Positions 38,314 through 54,164 of a DNA stretch of 64,000 nucleotides are shown here, one piece after another (within the stretch, counting starts at the first letter, position 1; each line of letters starts with the position of its first letter). Under the pieces are notes generated by a model that saw nothing but the letters and a program-made list of their open reading frames with translations, made no database searches and was not told the origin of the DNA. This stretch comes from Utricularia gibba. Taxonomy: Eukaryota > Plantae > Magnoliophyta. The translations under genes and the position numbers were made by a program. Location of the stretch: assembly GCA_002189035.1 (NCBI GenBank), contig NEEC01000015.1:2356001-2420000 (forward strand), read 5' to 3'.

Positions 38314-39678
38314 GAATCGGAGATTTGTTTTTTTTTTGTGTGTGCTTCTGATGCCCGAGAATGGGAGAAGTTTATCCGGCTTTTATAAAGCGTCTTCTTC
38401 CTTCACTATTGGATAAGGTCTTTTTCTCTCTCTCCCCCCTCTCTCTCACCTTTCTTTTCTCATCGCTTTCTTCTCTCTCATTAATTACTTCCGCTGCAGT
38501 TGCAGAACGTACACGAAATGACATCTTTGACCCTACTCCCCCATTCCCATGACATCAACTTTTGTCTTTTTCCCGGTGCTACACGACGAACCTTGTTAGT
38601 CTCATCCAACCCCCCAAAAAAATCTATTATAACCATTTTATCCAATAAAAAGCAAATAAAAATGTTCACTTGAGCAGTTAGGTGGGATTATTCAAAAATA
38701 AAAAAAATGCATAATGGGAGCCATGATTGGAACATATTGTCATGTGTGTTTTTTTTTAAATAATGTTTCAATCATTGTTTTACATGTAGAAAACAGGAAG
38801 AAGAAAATGTACAAACAAACAACCCAAGAAAAAGTATGTATTTGCGATTGTTGTAGGACATACTTGGGGACTCGACATCAGAAAATGATGTCGAAAGGGA
38901 TGATTTAGTAAATAAACAGCAGTAAATATTTTCCCCACGGAGTACCCACGGAATGGGCGACTTTGCTATGGGGCGCGACATGATGTACGATACGACGGAG
39001 GGTCATTGTCGACATTCTCCATCATGGTTTTTTCCCAATCGAGATAAATAATAATTACCAAAAACCATAGGAGAATATAAATGTGAAATCGGGAGGGTCT
39101 CTTCTTGACTTCCTCAACCACCAACCACACCCAATCCCATTTCTCCACGTGCACCAAACACACTAGAAAATCTAGGGGTGTCTCGGTAAAAGGAGCGTTT
39201 TTGTCTTATTGGGCGGGGGAGTCCACCTGGATGTGGGCCCCGTGAGGCCACGTGGAGGCGAAGGCCGGTTGTAGGTCGCCGCGTGGAGAAGGCCACCGAT
39301 CACGTGATGTCTGTGGGGCCGCTCCCGCCAGCTGGGTTATTGCTAACCGGGGAACACCCAAAGCCGACAGGGGTGGGCCCACACTCGTCGCTCTGCGGAC
39401 AGCTGGGAGGGAATCCTCTCAGATTTATCCGCTTCATTCACTCTCCCCCCTACCCACCCACCCGCCCCCCACTGTCATTTTGTTATTATTGTTAGTATTA
39501 ACTACCTGTAAAAATCAGATAAATACTGCGGGAGGATGGCAATGAACACAAGTGTCCAAAGGACCGGGGGGTTAGGTATTCTTGCCCAGGGAGCGACGTG
39601 CACCAATGTCTGAACACAAGGAACTCTGCTTTTCTTACCTTCCAGAAATATTGTAGCGGGCTTTGACAGGCTTTCATG

Positions 39679-39770
39679 GCGGGCCCGTCGCTCAGATAGG
39701 TTTGGTGGCCCAAAAGGCCGACGGGGAAAGGAGAGAGATCTCGGAATGCGACACAAGTCTAGAACCCTAA
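39679..39770 (+). promoter_or_regulatory. Site II + telo-box ribosomal-protein-type promoter module of RPL12
   Basis: GGGCCC at 39681, TGGCCCA at 39706, and GAACCCTAA at 39762-39770 upstream of the RPL12 ATG. Confidence 0.6.
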
Positions 39771-39833
39771 TCACTTGCTTCCATTTTCGTTTCTTCTCGG
39801 AGGAATCTCTGACATTCGCACCCGCCGCCGAGA

Positions 39834-40334
39834 ATGCCGCCGAAATTCGATCCTACTCAAGTTGTTGACGTGTTTGTCCGCGTCACTGGCGGTGAAGTCG
39901 GCGCGGCTAGTTCTCTGGCTCCGAAGATCGGCCCGCTGGGTCTGTCCCCTAAAAAGATCGGCGAAGACATCGCGAAGGAAACCGCCAAAGATTGGAAGGG
40001 CCTCCGTGTGACTGTTAAACTCACGGTTCAGAATCGACAGGCCAAGGTCACTGTCGTCCCCTCCGCCGCCGCGTTAGTTATCAAGTCGCTGAAGGAGCCG
40101 GAGCGTGATCGTAAGAAAACGAAGAATATCAAGCATAACGGCAACATTTCACTCGATGATGTGATCGACATCGCTAGGGTAATGAGGCCTCGCTCGATGG
40201 CAAAGGATTTATCCGGTACCGTAAAGGAAATTCTGGGAACGTGTGTCTCTGTGGGTTGCACCGTGGATGGAAAGGATCCCAAGGACTTGCAGCAGGAAAT
40301 CAGTGATGGCGATGTCGAAATTCCTCAAGATTAA
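39834..40334 (+). CDS. RPL12: 60S ribosomal protein L12 (uL11), intronless CDS
   Basis: [50 protein letters not shown]...[19 protein letters not shown], 166 aa. Confidence 0.97.
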   Translation: MPPKFDPTQVVDVFVRVTGGEVGAASSLAPKIGPLGLSPKKIGEDIAKETAKDWKGLRVTVKLTVQNRQAKVTVVPSAAALVIKSLKEPERDRKKTKNIKHNGNISLDDVIDIARVMRPRSMAKDLSGTVKEILGTCVSVGCTVDGKDPKDLQQEISDGDVEIPQD

Positions 40335-40775
40335 AAGCTGAGGTTTTTTTGTTATATCAAGAATGTTAAACCACCTTTTTTCTCTGGGCCTGATTCGGAA
40401 GCAGGGTTGCTACTGTTGTCAGTAGTACTCCTAGAGCTTCTCATCTCCCTACTGAAGTTCGTTCCATTACTGCTCATTGACATTGGATGCTTTCTTAAGA
40501 TTCTTCTGCTTTGTTTTTCTTTGGCATTTGAACTGGCGATTAAGATTGCAAACGGCGCTTCTGGGTAGTCTCATTCTCCATAAAAATTCCATTTTTCGTA
40601 TAAAAAGAGATTGTACATTGTGCCTAAGAACAATATGAAAAGTTCCAATTCTCATATACCAAAATTGGTACCTAATTAGGTTTTGTGACAAGTGGCTAGA
40701 TTGATGAGTGAAAAGAACATACAGAGTTCAAGGAATACCAAAAAAAAAAAAACAACTTCAGAGAACTTCGCACGA

Positions 40776-42803
40776 TCACAGGAAAAATCTTCTGCGACTG
40801 GTATCCATTTCAGGCTGGGAGTCACAAAAAATGCACTTTAGATAGGGAAGCAATGTTGAGCTCAACAAGAGCAGTGGAACGAGCTTTGAAACGTTTACCT
40901 TGTGTACCCATTCATATTCACCTCCTTTAGTGTCAAAGGTTCCATGTTGAAGACTGACGAGCTTCATTGTAAAGCGAGGACCACACTCCTAAAAGTTTAC
41001 CACCCAAATATTTGATATGTAAATTGCACTGTTCGAAGCTGATCCATGATTGCAACGCGGAATAAATCTCATAAACTATTAAGCCATTCAAAGAAGCGAG
41101 CTGCTTCTTATCTAATCATTAGATCATGGATGCATACAGTAGTAGCATGTCTGAGGAAGCATTGTTTGAGAGAGGTAAGTGTTTTATAAACCGGGGTTTT
41201 TATGCCCACTAACCTGAAGTCTCGCATTAACCTTGTCCAGAGGGGTGACGGCGGCATCCTCCTCTTTAGCTTCCGGTTTTGATTTGCTTTCTTTTGTTTC
41301 GAATATGTAGCTTTGGAAAGCATAAAAAAATTGCATGAAAAAAAGGGATCATGGCTCCAAGAGAACACACGTTTGGGCAAGGATCAGTACCGATGATGAC
41401 GGAAGAAAATGAAGTCACGCTGATTGTGAAATGTTACAACTCTCCGACCATGAAAATCAGGGCTTTGTGGAAATAGAGAATATATTAGCCTGTATCAAAC
41501 ACAAATTTGAAAGTTATTCAGCAAGTCATGCAAAGTGTTTGATAAGAAGGGTCACACTAGTGGAGCGTTTTCCAAGTACCTGCCAATACGAAGCCCCAAA
41601 CGTGTGGTGAAGTTATTTAAAACCAGCTCAGGTTGGTGACTGGTAGGATTTCCATGATTCTGGGAATACAGAGAAAGGTCAGCATATGATCCAATATACG
41701 GATGGCGAAAATTGTGTATCATACAAAAGGCATTGGAAGTAACCAAAAGCACCAAATGCATCGTCAGTAATTTCCACAAGAGTTATAGGGAATTTTACCA
41801 CACCTTTATGTCCTTCCGCAAAACAACATTAGAAAGTTTGAAATGAGCAGTTGGGCCATCAGGTAGGTTGATAACTAAGAGAGCATCTGCAGAGCATACT
41901 AAGAGTTAGATGTATTCTCCACCTTTATATGAGAATTAACATACATAGACCCAGAAAAAAAAAATACAAATGTCCAAAAAAGATGATGAATCAGGCTACT
42001 AAATATTACAATGCTTTATCTAGAATGGGAACAGGAATTCTAAGATATCTGATCCTAATTAAATAAAGTGCACCCACAATGATCATACTGGTATCCGCAA
42101 TTAACTTTTTATTGTTATCATGGCGAAAAAAAGCAATGCATAAATGCTTAGATAATTACGTACCTGGTTCCCGGCGGTTAGTGTGTACAACAATGACGGA
42201 TGTGAAATCTTTCTTTATCGAGTACTCAACAATCTGTGATCCAAACAACACAAGGTTCATAAATCAACTACAAAAAATGCAGGAGCAAATTTGGTACCTT
42301 TTTGAGGTCGTAAGTTCCTCTTTTGAAAGAATGCGAATTCGGAATGACGGAGAGAAGATTATCAATAAAAGCAGGCCCCCTCTACAGCATCAAGTTGTCA
42401 ATATACTAGAAAGAGCGAGGAGTGCAACGAGGGAAAATTAAGTGTTAACAAATTTTATGTCACAACATCATACCGTAGAATTGAAGCGGGAAGTTGTAAT
42501 CAATACTTTAGGAGTCCTATCCCGTGCCAATATGGAACTGAACTCATCAGCACTATTTCCAGCAAACAGCTCGACATCATCTGGCTTACAGACCGTATCA
42601 TCGTGTTCTCGGGTGTTTTCAATGGTGCGTGGGATTGGTCTAGGAGGAGGATCTTCCCCCAGTTCAAGTGCTCTCTTCTCAGCAGCATCCCTGGACTTTG
42701 CCTTTTTCCTCTTTTCAATTTTCTTCTCGTGTTTCAACTTCGCATAAACTTCAGACCTCTTTTGCTTATTCTTTATCCCTGAGGGAAGAAGATGCTCCTT
42801 CAT
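40776..42803 (-). CDS. RPF1: Ribosome production factor 1 (Brix-domain RPF1, MEE49-like); start codon uncertain
   Basis: Eight coding exons: [12 protein letters not shown]...TIENTRE...[82 protein letters not shown] 42803 follows an acceptor at 42816; a further upstream coding exon could not be fixed. Confidence 0.88.
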
Positions 42804-43608
42804 CTTCTTAATAATCTGAATCCAGCACACAACACTTTTGAGTTCGTCTGCTTTGTTGCATGTATTCCCAAGAGTACAAGAAATCAAACACAGAGCCTCA
42901 GCATCAAATGTAGTTTCATCAGATATGTTGCACATACACGCCAAACACAGAAAAGGGAGCTTCTCCCTCTACTCATAAGGCCTTTCGATAAAAAAAAACA
43001 AAGAATTTGACGACACATGGACTCAACCTATCGCATATGATACGGCAACCAGAAGAAACAAAAAAAGGAACCCCAACCACAGACCCGAAAAGGCGAACAT
43101 TAGACAGACATAGAAGGACCAAGGCGATGTACCTGCTGTAACGGCGGGGCTGCAAATTCCCGAGGAAGTGGAGGCGGAGGGGAGAACCAAAATTAAAGAA
43201 GCCGAAAAGGTGGGCATGGGCCATTTCTTTTCACCTATTTAGCGCCACTGTGTTTACATTGGGCCGAGAGGCCCACTTATGTGACTTATTTTTTATTTCA
43301 ATTTGTTTATTAATAAGTAAATAGATTCATCTCTTTAAGAATATTAATAATACTCAAAATATTTTAAATCCAATTTGCAGAAATATTTAATTAGTTTAGT
43401 AATTGAAAAGAAAAATCCTACAAACCAAAACCCTAAAAAAGAATGAGCTTGGAGAAGCAACGGGAACCGCTACCGGCTCACGGTCTAACCGTTTGACAAA
43501 CCGGTTCACCACAAGACTTCGTCATCCTCCTCAAATTTGCAGAAATCTTCCTATTACACTGGTTCCGTTTCAACTTCATCTCCCTCATCAAACATGGGAA
43601 TGCAGAGT

Positions 43609-46178
<2,570 letters not shown>

Positions 46179-46820
46179 TCACTTGGAGCGCCGAGCACTT
46201 GTTTCTTGTTCCCTTCCCTCTCGCGCCGCCAAATTGGGCTTTTTAAAAGCGGGCGAGATCAAATCTTCGGGCTTCTAAATCTGAATGGGCCTCAGCGTCA
46301 AATCTTCATATTATTTATTTTATATTGGTATGATTGGCATCAATTCTGAAACAATAAAAATTGATTATACATTATTTTAAAATAATAAAAATAAATAATA
46401 ATTTTATGAAAACCAATTATACTATTATTTAGATAAACAATGTAAATTATTTATTTCCATGCAATTTTCCCAAATCTAAAACACTGTGTTAAAAAAATTT
46501 TAAAATCTATTTTTATTTTTTAAAAATAAAAATATTTTTAAATTTATAATATAAAAATTATTTTTTAAAAAATAATGAATTATTTACTTTTACTTTTTAG
46601 TTATAATATTTTAAAAAATAGGCTTTAAAAATTTTTCAGAATAATGTTTAAATTATCATTTGACACTCAAACTTTTATGAAATTCATTGCTTCAAACGTC
46701 TCCAGACAAGGAAGAAGAAGAAGTGCTCAGCATGTGAGCTTATTCCACTCATGATCCAAAATATAAGCAGCGAAAAAGTTGAACTGCAGCAAAAAGTGAG
46801 CCAACAATCTGTACACTGGA

Positions 46821-46845
46821 TGGTTCTGGTTCTGGTTCTGGTTCT
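46821..46845. repeat. (GGTTCT)4 hexanucleotide repeat in the GRIK 3'UTR
   Basis: TGGTTCTGGTTCTGGTTCTGGTTCT. Confidence 0.85.
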
Positions 46846-46880
46846 AAGCCTGGTCTAAACTTCAACTGCTGTGTGTGCAT

Positions 46881-49800
46881 CTATTCCTCTAGTATACCAA
46901 CGTCATCTGTACTAGTATTTGTAAGTGAATCAGGCGCAAGATGGGAGTGACTGGTGTAGGACAAGTGTTGTTGCCCGTCTGTATCTCCTTTCTGGCGTTG
47001 GCACCAGCATATGTATGTAGGGATTGGACCATCGTCCCGATGACCCACGGGTGCCGGGAAACATCATTCAGGGTCATTCGTTGTCTTGGGTCTGTGCAGA
47101 AGAGATCTTCTGTGAGATAACAAATCCGGCAAGAGAATAACTTCAGAAAAATAAATTGAGATTGGAAGATCAACCTTTGCAGAGGAGGCCTTCAAGCAGG
47201 TCCTTCAGAAGGGGATTCATCTCATCAGGGAGCAACAATGGGTTATTTACTATCTGAGGTAAGTGAAATTTGTAGTGAGAGAGTTGAAAAACATGAGATG
47301 AATATAAGATGTAGGCAGGCATGTGTGCTATCCACCTTATCGTATGTATCTTGCAGAGTCTCCCCTAGAAAAGGGTACTTTCCTAGAACAAAGCAATATA
47401 GAGTGACTCCGACAGCCCAAGTGTCAGCAGTTTTCCCATGATAAGTTACACCTACAGAACGAATGGCTTCCTCAGTTTTCTTCTCATAATTTGCATATCC
47501 AGAAATAACCTCCAATGGCATCTCCTTTATTTTTTTTTTGAAGAAAATAAAACTGCGTACCCAAACAGCATTCAGGTGCAGTAAACACAGGTGTCCCAGG
47601 GGAGCGTCGGAGCTCATCATTGTCGTCCTACAGGGGAGGAGAATAACAAAATGTGCAAGCTCCAGTGAGACAGGATTGTAAGAGAAAAGAATTCACATTC
47701 AAATCCCACAAAGAGAAAAATAATCGTGAGAATGCTTTCGATCTGAACTCCTTGCATTGCATGCCAACATGATGACCATTCCACGGTTGTTGTATAATCA
47801 TTTATGCTTTTTTCCAGTTCCTATGAAAACCAGTATACAGCAAAAGAGCGACGCCAAAATTCATGGGTTATGGATACTTTTAAAGCATATATTGTCTCCT
47901 GACAGATATAGGCTAGCCTCTCAAGATCACTACTTCTCTCAAGTCTCATGAATTCACACACAAAACCGATGAGCCAGTGTACGCAAAAAAGCCTCATACC
48001 TCAAACACCTGGCTGACACTGAAATCCCCAATCTTGACAGTACCAGAAGCAGCGACCAGCAGATTATCAGGTTTAATGTCTCCATGCACGATATTCTAGC
48101 ATTGCAGATAACTGTGTCAGTCAAATGTGCACAGGAATCATACCAAGATAATGAAATCGTATGTATTTCCATGAGTCATACCAAAATCCCACAGCTGGTT
48201 TTAATTTTTAAAAAAATAATAAAAAAAATAGAAGACTGAAATTTAGTGAAAAGCAAGTGTTATCGGCATAGCTTTTGTTCGATAAATTAAAAGATAGTGT
48301 GTGGTTCCACTGCTTCGACCAAGATAACTAAAAGATTCAAATCCCCAAGTATTGACAGCAAAGGTGAATATAAGAATTTATAAGCCTCGGCTATTCAAGA
48401 GTAAAGCAAGTGAATGCCACAACCCAAGTCCACAACCCACGGGCTATAAATACAAATCAAACAAGCATGACCATAATGATAAAATTTAAAAATATCCAAG
48501 TACGAAAAAATTCAGATTCTGGGTCATACATGAGCATGCAGATACATAAGACCAGAAACAACATCCCGTATGTGCTTCCGTGCCATGCTTTCTTCAAGCC
48601 CACCCAGGGGACCAGAACCCTCAAAGACCCACTTTCCTTCAACATACTCAAGAACTGACAGAGAAAGTCCTTAAAGTCAATTTAAGCATCTGCATGGCTG
48701 AGTTGCAAGAATAAAAAATTATACCCATATAGAAGTCATCTGTAGAAGGGTCATCCATAACCTCAATTAGGTTAACTATATTTGGATGGCTCAGCACTTT
48801 CATGATCAACACCTGTAATTCAAATCATATGATATGAAGAAACAGCAAAAAAGAAAGACAGCACTATTGTGTTTGTGGTAACCAGACAAAGGTGCACATT
48901 ACCAACACATGGGAAAACGAAAACATCTTCTAAGAGATGTAAAATAAAAGAGAAACACTATTGTATTCAAAAGATAAAACAGTGAGATACCCAGATTGCC
49001 CTCATAAAGATTTACATCATGGGAAGGTCTTCTTACCTCACGGAGCACATCAGTCATTGCAGTTTCAGAAGGTGCAACATGGAGTTTTGACAAATGAGAT
49101 TTATGAAAAGCCTGTCAATGAAATAACTATCATCATGTTACAGCGGTTTTCTAAAGTAGAGTATCCAGAATTTTCTTTTTCATTTTCTTTAAACATGTTA
49201 TAAGCAAGACAAACAAAAGGCCGAAGCCCAAGACAAACTCATGGTATTGGCCCAAAATGTTTCTTGTCAAATTTCCTCAGAAATTAAGAAATTACCTTAA
49301 TTGCATAATGCTTCCCGTCAGTTCGGCTTCTGTAGAGTACCTACACAGATCCAATACATTATGTTCAACTGAGAAAAAACATGACATCAAGTCAACTTAC
49401 TTTCACGATATCATAGAGTTCAAGAATCAGATAGTCAAAAGAAAGTATGTCAATTGACCACACGCCCAAGGAAAACTCAAAGATTGTCTCAATGTGCTCA
49501 CCACTTTCCCATAGCTGCCAGAACCAATCTTGCATACACGAACATACTCATTCACAGTTTTGTTTCCAACTTCATCCTGTAAACTGAATTATCAGCACCA
49601 ATGGAATGCCCACATTTCATTCTATGATGTGATTGGCATGCAAATGATGAAAAAGGACTAGCAAAATTTCATTCAGGATTTATATTCTAATTTATTTCAA
49701 ATTATAGGCAGTCTTCTTGAAAAAAATGCGAAATGCATAGAGCATAAGAAACCGCACTACGGACTTCAGACAGGCATAAGATATTTCATGAGCCAGGTCT

Positions 49801-50241
49801 CCCAATAGCCATCAGGGAACTTGTAAATTTATGCCAAGTAGTTGAGCTATTTTTAGGTTGCTAATATTCGTAGAGCACCATTACATGATTCTCTCCTGCA
49901 ATGTTTTAAAACAGAGGTCAATGCTTCTCCATCATGCTCACCTCAGAACGATGGACAATACGAGTTTCCTTAACAGGGAATTCCCTGCATGTCAAACCAT
50001 GCTGCAGACGATACAAAAGCACTTCCTCAGGTCGTTTTGTTGGGCTTCTGAAATCAGATCCATCTCCATTATCATTATCATTATCAGTGAAATTACCATC
50101 AGAAATAGGATCATCGTCATCTTCAACATCATTCTCTAACAAAAATGATTCAGTAGCATTGTTTGTCATTCCCCAAGTTTGGCACATAGATTTTTTTTGA
50201 TTCTTTGTGAAACTGAAGCCGAAACACCAACAGCAGCCCAT
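46881..50241 (-). CDS. GRIK: SnRK1-activating kinase GRIK/SnAK (CaMKK-like); one apparent frameshift near the 3' end
   Basis: [75 protein letters not shown]. Adding +1 G at 47036-47038 restores [15 protein letters not shown], matching the family WC(K/Q)R motif. Confidence 0.92.
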
Positions 50242-51321
50242 TGCGGATAGTCCCACAAACTGCTCTAAGTTGGCAATGAAAAAACGTTCTTGAGGACCAG
50301 TTGATGAAAACCTGAAGTCACAATAAGAAATAGGAAATCAAGAATGGGCACAGAATGAAGGTCAATGGGGAAAAAAAAGTGCAAATAACAGGGATCTGTA
50401 TTTACTAGTTAAAACTGGAATCGTCATAAAATCAAAAAAGTAACAAACTTACTCCTTGTATCGAAAAAACACACCAAGATGAAACCAGGTGCTTTTTGGA
50501 AATTTTGCTGCAACGAGTGCTACTGATCAGAATGACTGGCCTATCTAGTTCCAATCAAAGCTAGCACAGCCAACTCTACTCGGATTTATATACGAAATTC
50601 GTACACAAGATTCTGCTCAAAGGAGTTCTCAGTTCTGCATTAGAAGCAAAAGCCTGGTCACACAGCTACAAATACAACAAAAAACTCAAGAAAATGCAAA
50701 GGAGATCTTACTCAAACGGCAGCCGATGAAAAATGAATAACGTGCATTCGTTAAAATGTATAAAAATTTCACAAGCAACGACAAAATACGTACATTCGTT
50801 AGAATATAGAGAAAGGGTATTTCTTTTTCTAACATTCTTGCCTTTTCTGCCGCATCTCCGGTATGAGCCAAATACCATAAAAGCCCTAAATTCTAAAATC
50901 GATAGGAGGCCCGATTCTCGCCCACAAAAAAAGGACGAAGCAAGCAAACGAAGGATGGGTTACAAGGGAAATCGAACTCCAATCCAAATCCCAAATTCTC
51001 AGCCTTTTTAACAGTTCCACCGCCCGACAACGAAAATTGATTGCTGGAGGAGGCCTCCTATGATTCTTGATGCAAAATGTCATGCGACTAGGAAGTTCCT
51101 CTTTATACGATGATTGCAAACAGTCAAACAACACATCCAGTAACACATATATGCGTATTTACATGGGGGAGGGATTTGCGTTCCGCATTGAGAATCTAGG
51201 AAAATCAAGGTGACTGGGAGGGTTGGGGGTTGATCAGCGCCTGGAGATTTTGGGGGCCGTACATCACACGAGAATATCAGAAATGCACTCCAATTCTGAA
51301 CAATTAATTGTTTCAGACAGG

Positions 51322-51533
51322 AAACCCTAATTTCACATGTCAAATGATGGTACCGAGCGAAAATACCGTTGCAATAAATGTAATAAAGTTTCTAATTTTG
51401 GACATGACTCATCTAACGCCATGGCCCATGTCACATATTGGGCCTGGTGTTTGGACTACTTAAAGCAGGCCGGATTGGGTGTATTTTCCCTCGTGGCCCT
51501 TTTGTTGTATATGGGCCTTTCCCATTAGGGTTT
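51322..51533. promoter_or_regulatory. Shared GRIK/NOP58 bidirectional promoter with telo-boxes and site II motifs
   Basis: AAACCCTAA 51322-51330, TGGCCCA 51422, TGGGCC 51439 and 51512, TTAGGGTTT 51525-51533. Confidence 0.6.
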
Positions 51534-51654
51534 TCGTGTTATTCCCTCGCCATCAGTCTGTTGTCTGCTTCTCGTGCGCAAGCTATCAACCTACAAGGAG
51601 AAAGCCGTGGTTGGTTCTCTACAGAAGTTAGGGCGTTTTCGTTTCGTAGGAAGA

Positions 51655-54164
51655 ATGTTGCTTTTGTTTGAAACCCCGCAGGGTTCGCTCTTTTCAACGT
51701 CTTGGATGAGGGAAAGCTTTCCAAAGTCGAGGTCGTATTTCATCAACGATTTTCTTGTTCCTTTCGCCTCTAAATCTATTTGTGACGTGCTTATTTTTTA
51801 ACTCTGTTGCTTCTTTTCTTCTCGCAGGATATAGGGAAAGAATTCTCATCTCCTGAGTCTGCTAAAAAGGTTTCTTTTTATATACATACTCATGCTTATT
51901 TTCACAAGTCACAAAATTCGATGCACCTGGGTTTATATTTTTCGCTGTTTCATAGTCTGAAATACAGTTCATGTAGTTCACGTAGCTAGGTCTTCCCGTC
52001 CCGTCATCTGGTTTATGTTCTTCGTGTAGCATTCAGACATCTCAGATGACGTTTTTTTTCGTGATATTGCCGATACTCATTGCATACATTTTATCTTGAT
52101 TATTTACCAGTTTGAATTGCTTGAGATATAAAATTAGAAGTCACCTGGGTTCTTGTTGAACTTCTTTAGAAACTTTTATGGCGGTTTGTACTAACTGTTC
52201 TTTATGCGTTAACTAGATTGTCCGATTAAAAGCCTTCTCAAAGTTTGAGAACACGGCTGAGGCTTTATCATCTGCCACCTTGCTTATAGATAGCAAACCC
52301 AGCAAAGCTCTCCGCAAATTCCTGAGTAGTCATCTCAATGCAGGAGATGAATTAGCTGTTGCTGATTCAAAGCTTGGAAACGCGATCAAAGCGAAATTGG
52401 TCAGTAATCTAAGCAGGCGCTGCTTTTTTCTACAAAATATTTCTCTTTCTAATGTTCTTTGTTGGTGTATATTGCAGGCAATTGAATGTAAACATGATAA
52501 CGCTATCATGGAATTGATGAGAGTGTGAGAAGCCAATTGACGGAACTGATAACTGGTCTAGCAGCACAAGACTTGGCTCCAATGAGCCTGGGGCTTTCCC
52601 ATACTCTATCACGATATAAATTGAAGTTCAGTCCTGATAAGGTGAATCTAATTTGAACATCAGCGTGCATTGTCCTCGTTTGAAATTTGTTCAGTATCAT
52701 TACTCCTGCTTATTATAGGTTGATACCATGGTAATACAAGCCATTAGCTTGTTGGATGACCTTGACAAAGAACTGAATACCTACGCAATGAGGGTCAGAG
52801 AATGGTATGGTTGGCATTTTCCTGAACTAGCAAAGATTGTTCAGGACAATATACTTTATGCGAAGACTGTGAAGCTGATGGGTGACAGAACAAACGCCGC
52901 CAGCCTTGATTTTTCTGAGGTAAATTCCCTTTGCTGATAGTAATGATTCTTTTTTCCTAGAAATTGAGCACTTGCTATCTAAAATTGCATGATGTAGTCT
53001 ATTGAGCACTTAACACATTTTCTTTTTCGCTTTCCGTTCAATCCCTTCAAAAATGTTCTCAGGTACTTCCAGAAGAAAACGAAGCTGAATTAAAAGAGGC
53101 TGCCCAGATTTCTATGGGAACTGAAGTCAGTGACCTGGATTTGGAAAACATAAAGGATTTGTGCAACCAGGTTCTTTCTCTTGCTGAATACAGGGCGCAA
53201 CTTTATGACTATTTGAAGTCAAGAATGAACACTATTGCTCCAAACCTCACTGCTCTTGTTGGAGAGCTTGTTGGTGCTCGGTTGATTGCTCATGGAGGCA
53301 GTTTGATAAATCTGGCTAAGCAACCTGGGAGCACTGTTCAGATACTTGGTGCTGAAAAGGCTCTGTTTCGTGCGCTGAAGACAAAGCATGCGACACCTAA
53401 GTATGGCCTTATATATCATGCATCTCTAATAGGTCAAGCTGCACCTAAGCACAAGGGGAAAATTTCACGCTCTCTTGCTGCAAAGGCTGCCTTGGCAATT
53501 CGCTACGATGCCTTGGGTGATGGCCAGGATAATGCATTGGGTCTGGAAAATAGAGCCAAGGTTGCTTCAGGCTTTTAAACTCACTGATGTTTTATGAATT
53601 TTTTTAAGCTATTCTCTCGGTTTATCTAATTTTCTTATTATAGCTTGAGGCACGGCTGAGGAGTTTAGAAGGCAGGGATCTTGGTCGTTCTGCTGGATCT
53701 GCAAAAGGCAAACCTAAGATTGAATTTTATGACAAGGATCGGAAGAAGGGTTCCGGTGGAATGATCACTCCAGCCAAGGTCTATTCCTCCGCCTTGTTTA
53801 AGCAGTGTTTCTATCTAAGTGGTTTTTGCTTCTTTTCACAAAAATCTGCCTTCCACGAAGGAGGATTGAGTGGATAAATTAATCATTCTATTTCTGTTCC
53901 TATCTAAGCTGTTTTTGTTTCTTAGGTCTACAATCCTTCGGCTGATTCAATTCTGCAACCATCTGAAGATGTTGAGGAGCAGAAGTCCAAAAAAAAGAAG
54001 AGAAAAGGTGAACAGGAAAATGTAGAAGACGCTGCAGATGCTGAAAAAAGTCAGAAGAAAGAGAAGAAGAAGAAGAAGAGGAAGAGCGATGAGGAAAACA
54101 AGGAAGAACAAGATACATCCGAGAAGAAAAAAAGAGCAAGAAGAAGCTGAAAAGCCAAGAATGA
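51655..54164 (+). CDS. NOP58: Nucleolar protein 58 (box C/D snoRNP core); two apparent frameshifts, exact stop uncertain
   Basis: MLLLFETP(A)[94 protein letters not shown], and a K/E-rich tail. +1 nt needed at 51674-51677 and 52523. Confidence 0.93.

Noticed and set aside
43133-43224. ATGs at 43224 and 43217 as RPF1 start or uORFs
   Set aside because: Out of phase with the next coding exon, and probably upstream of the TSS given site II motifs at about 43260.
51870-52215. Intronic snoRNA in the large NOP58 intron 2
   Set aside because: No correctly ordered RTGATGA/CTGA pair and no clear H/ACA architecture.
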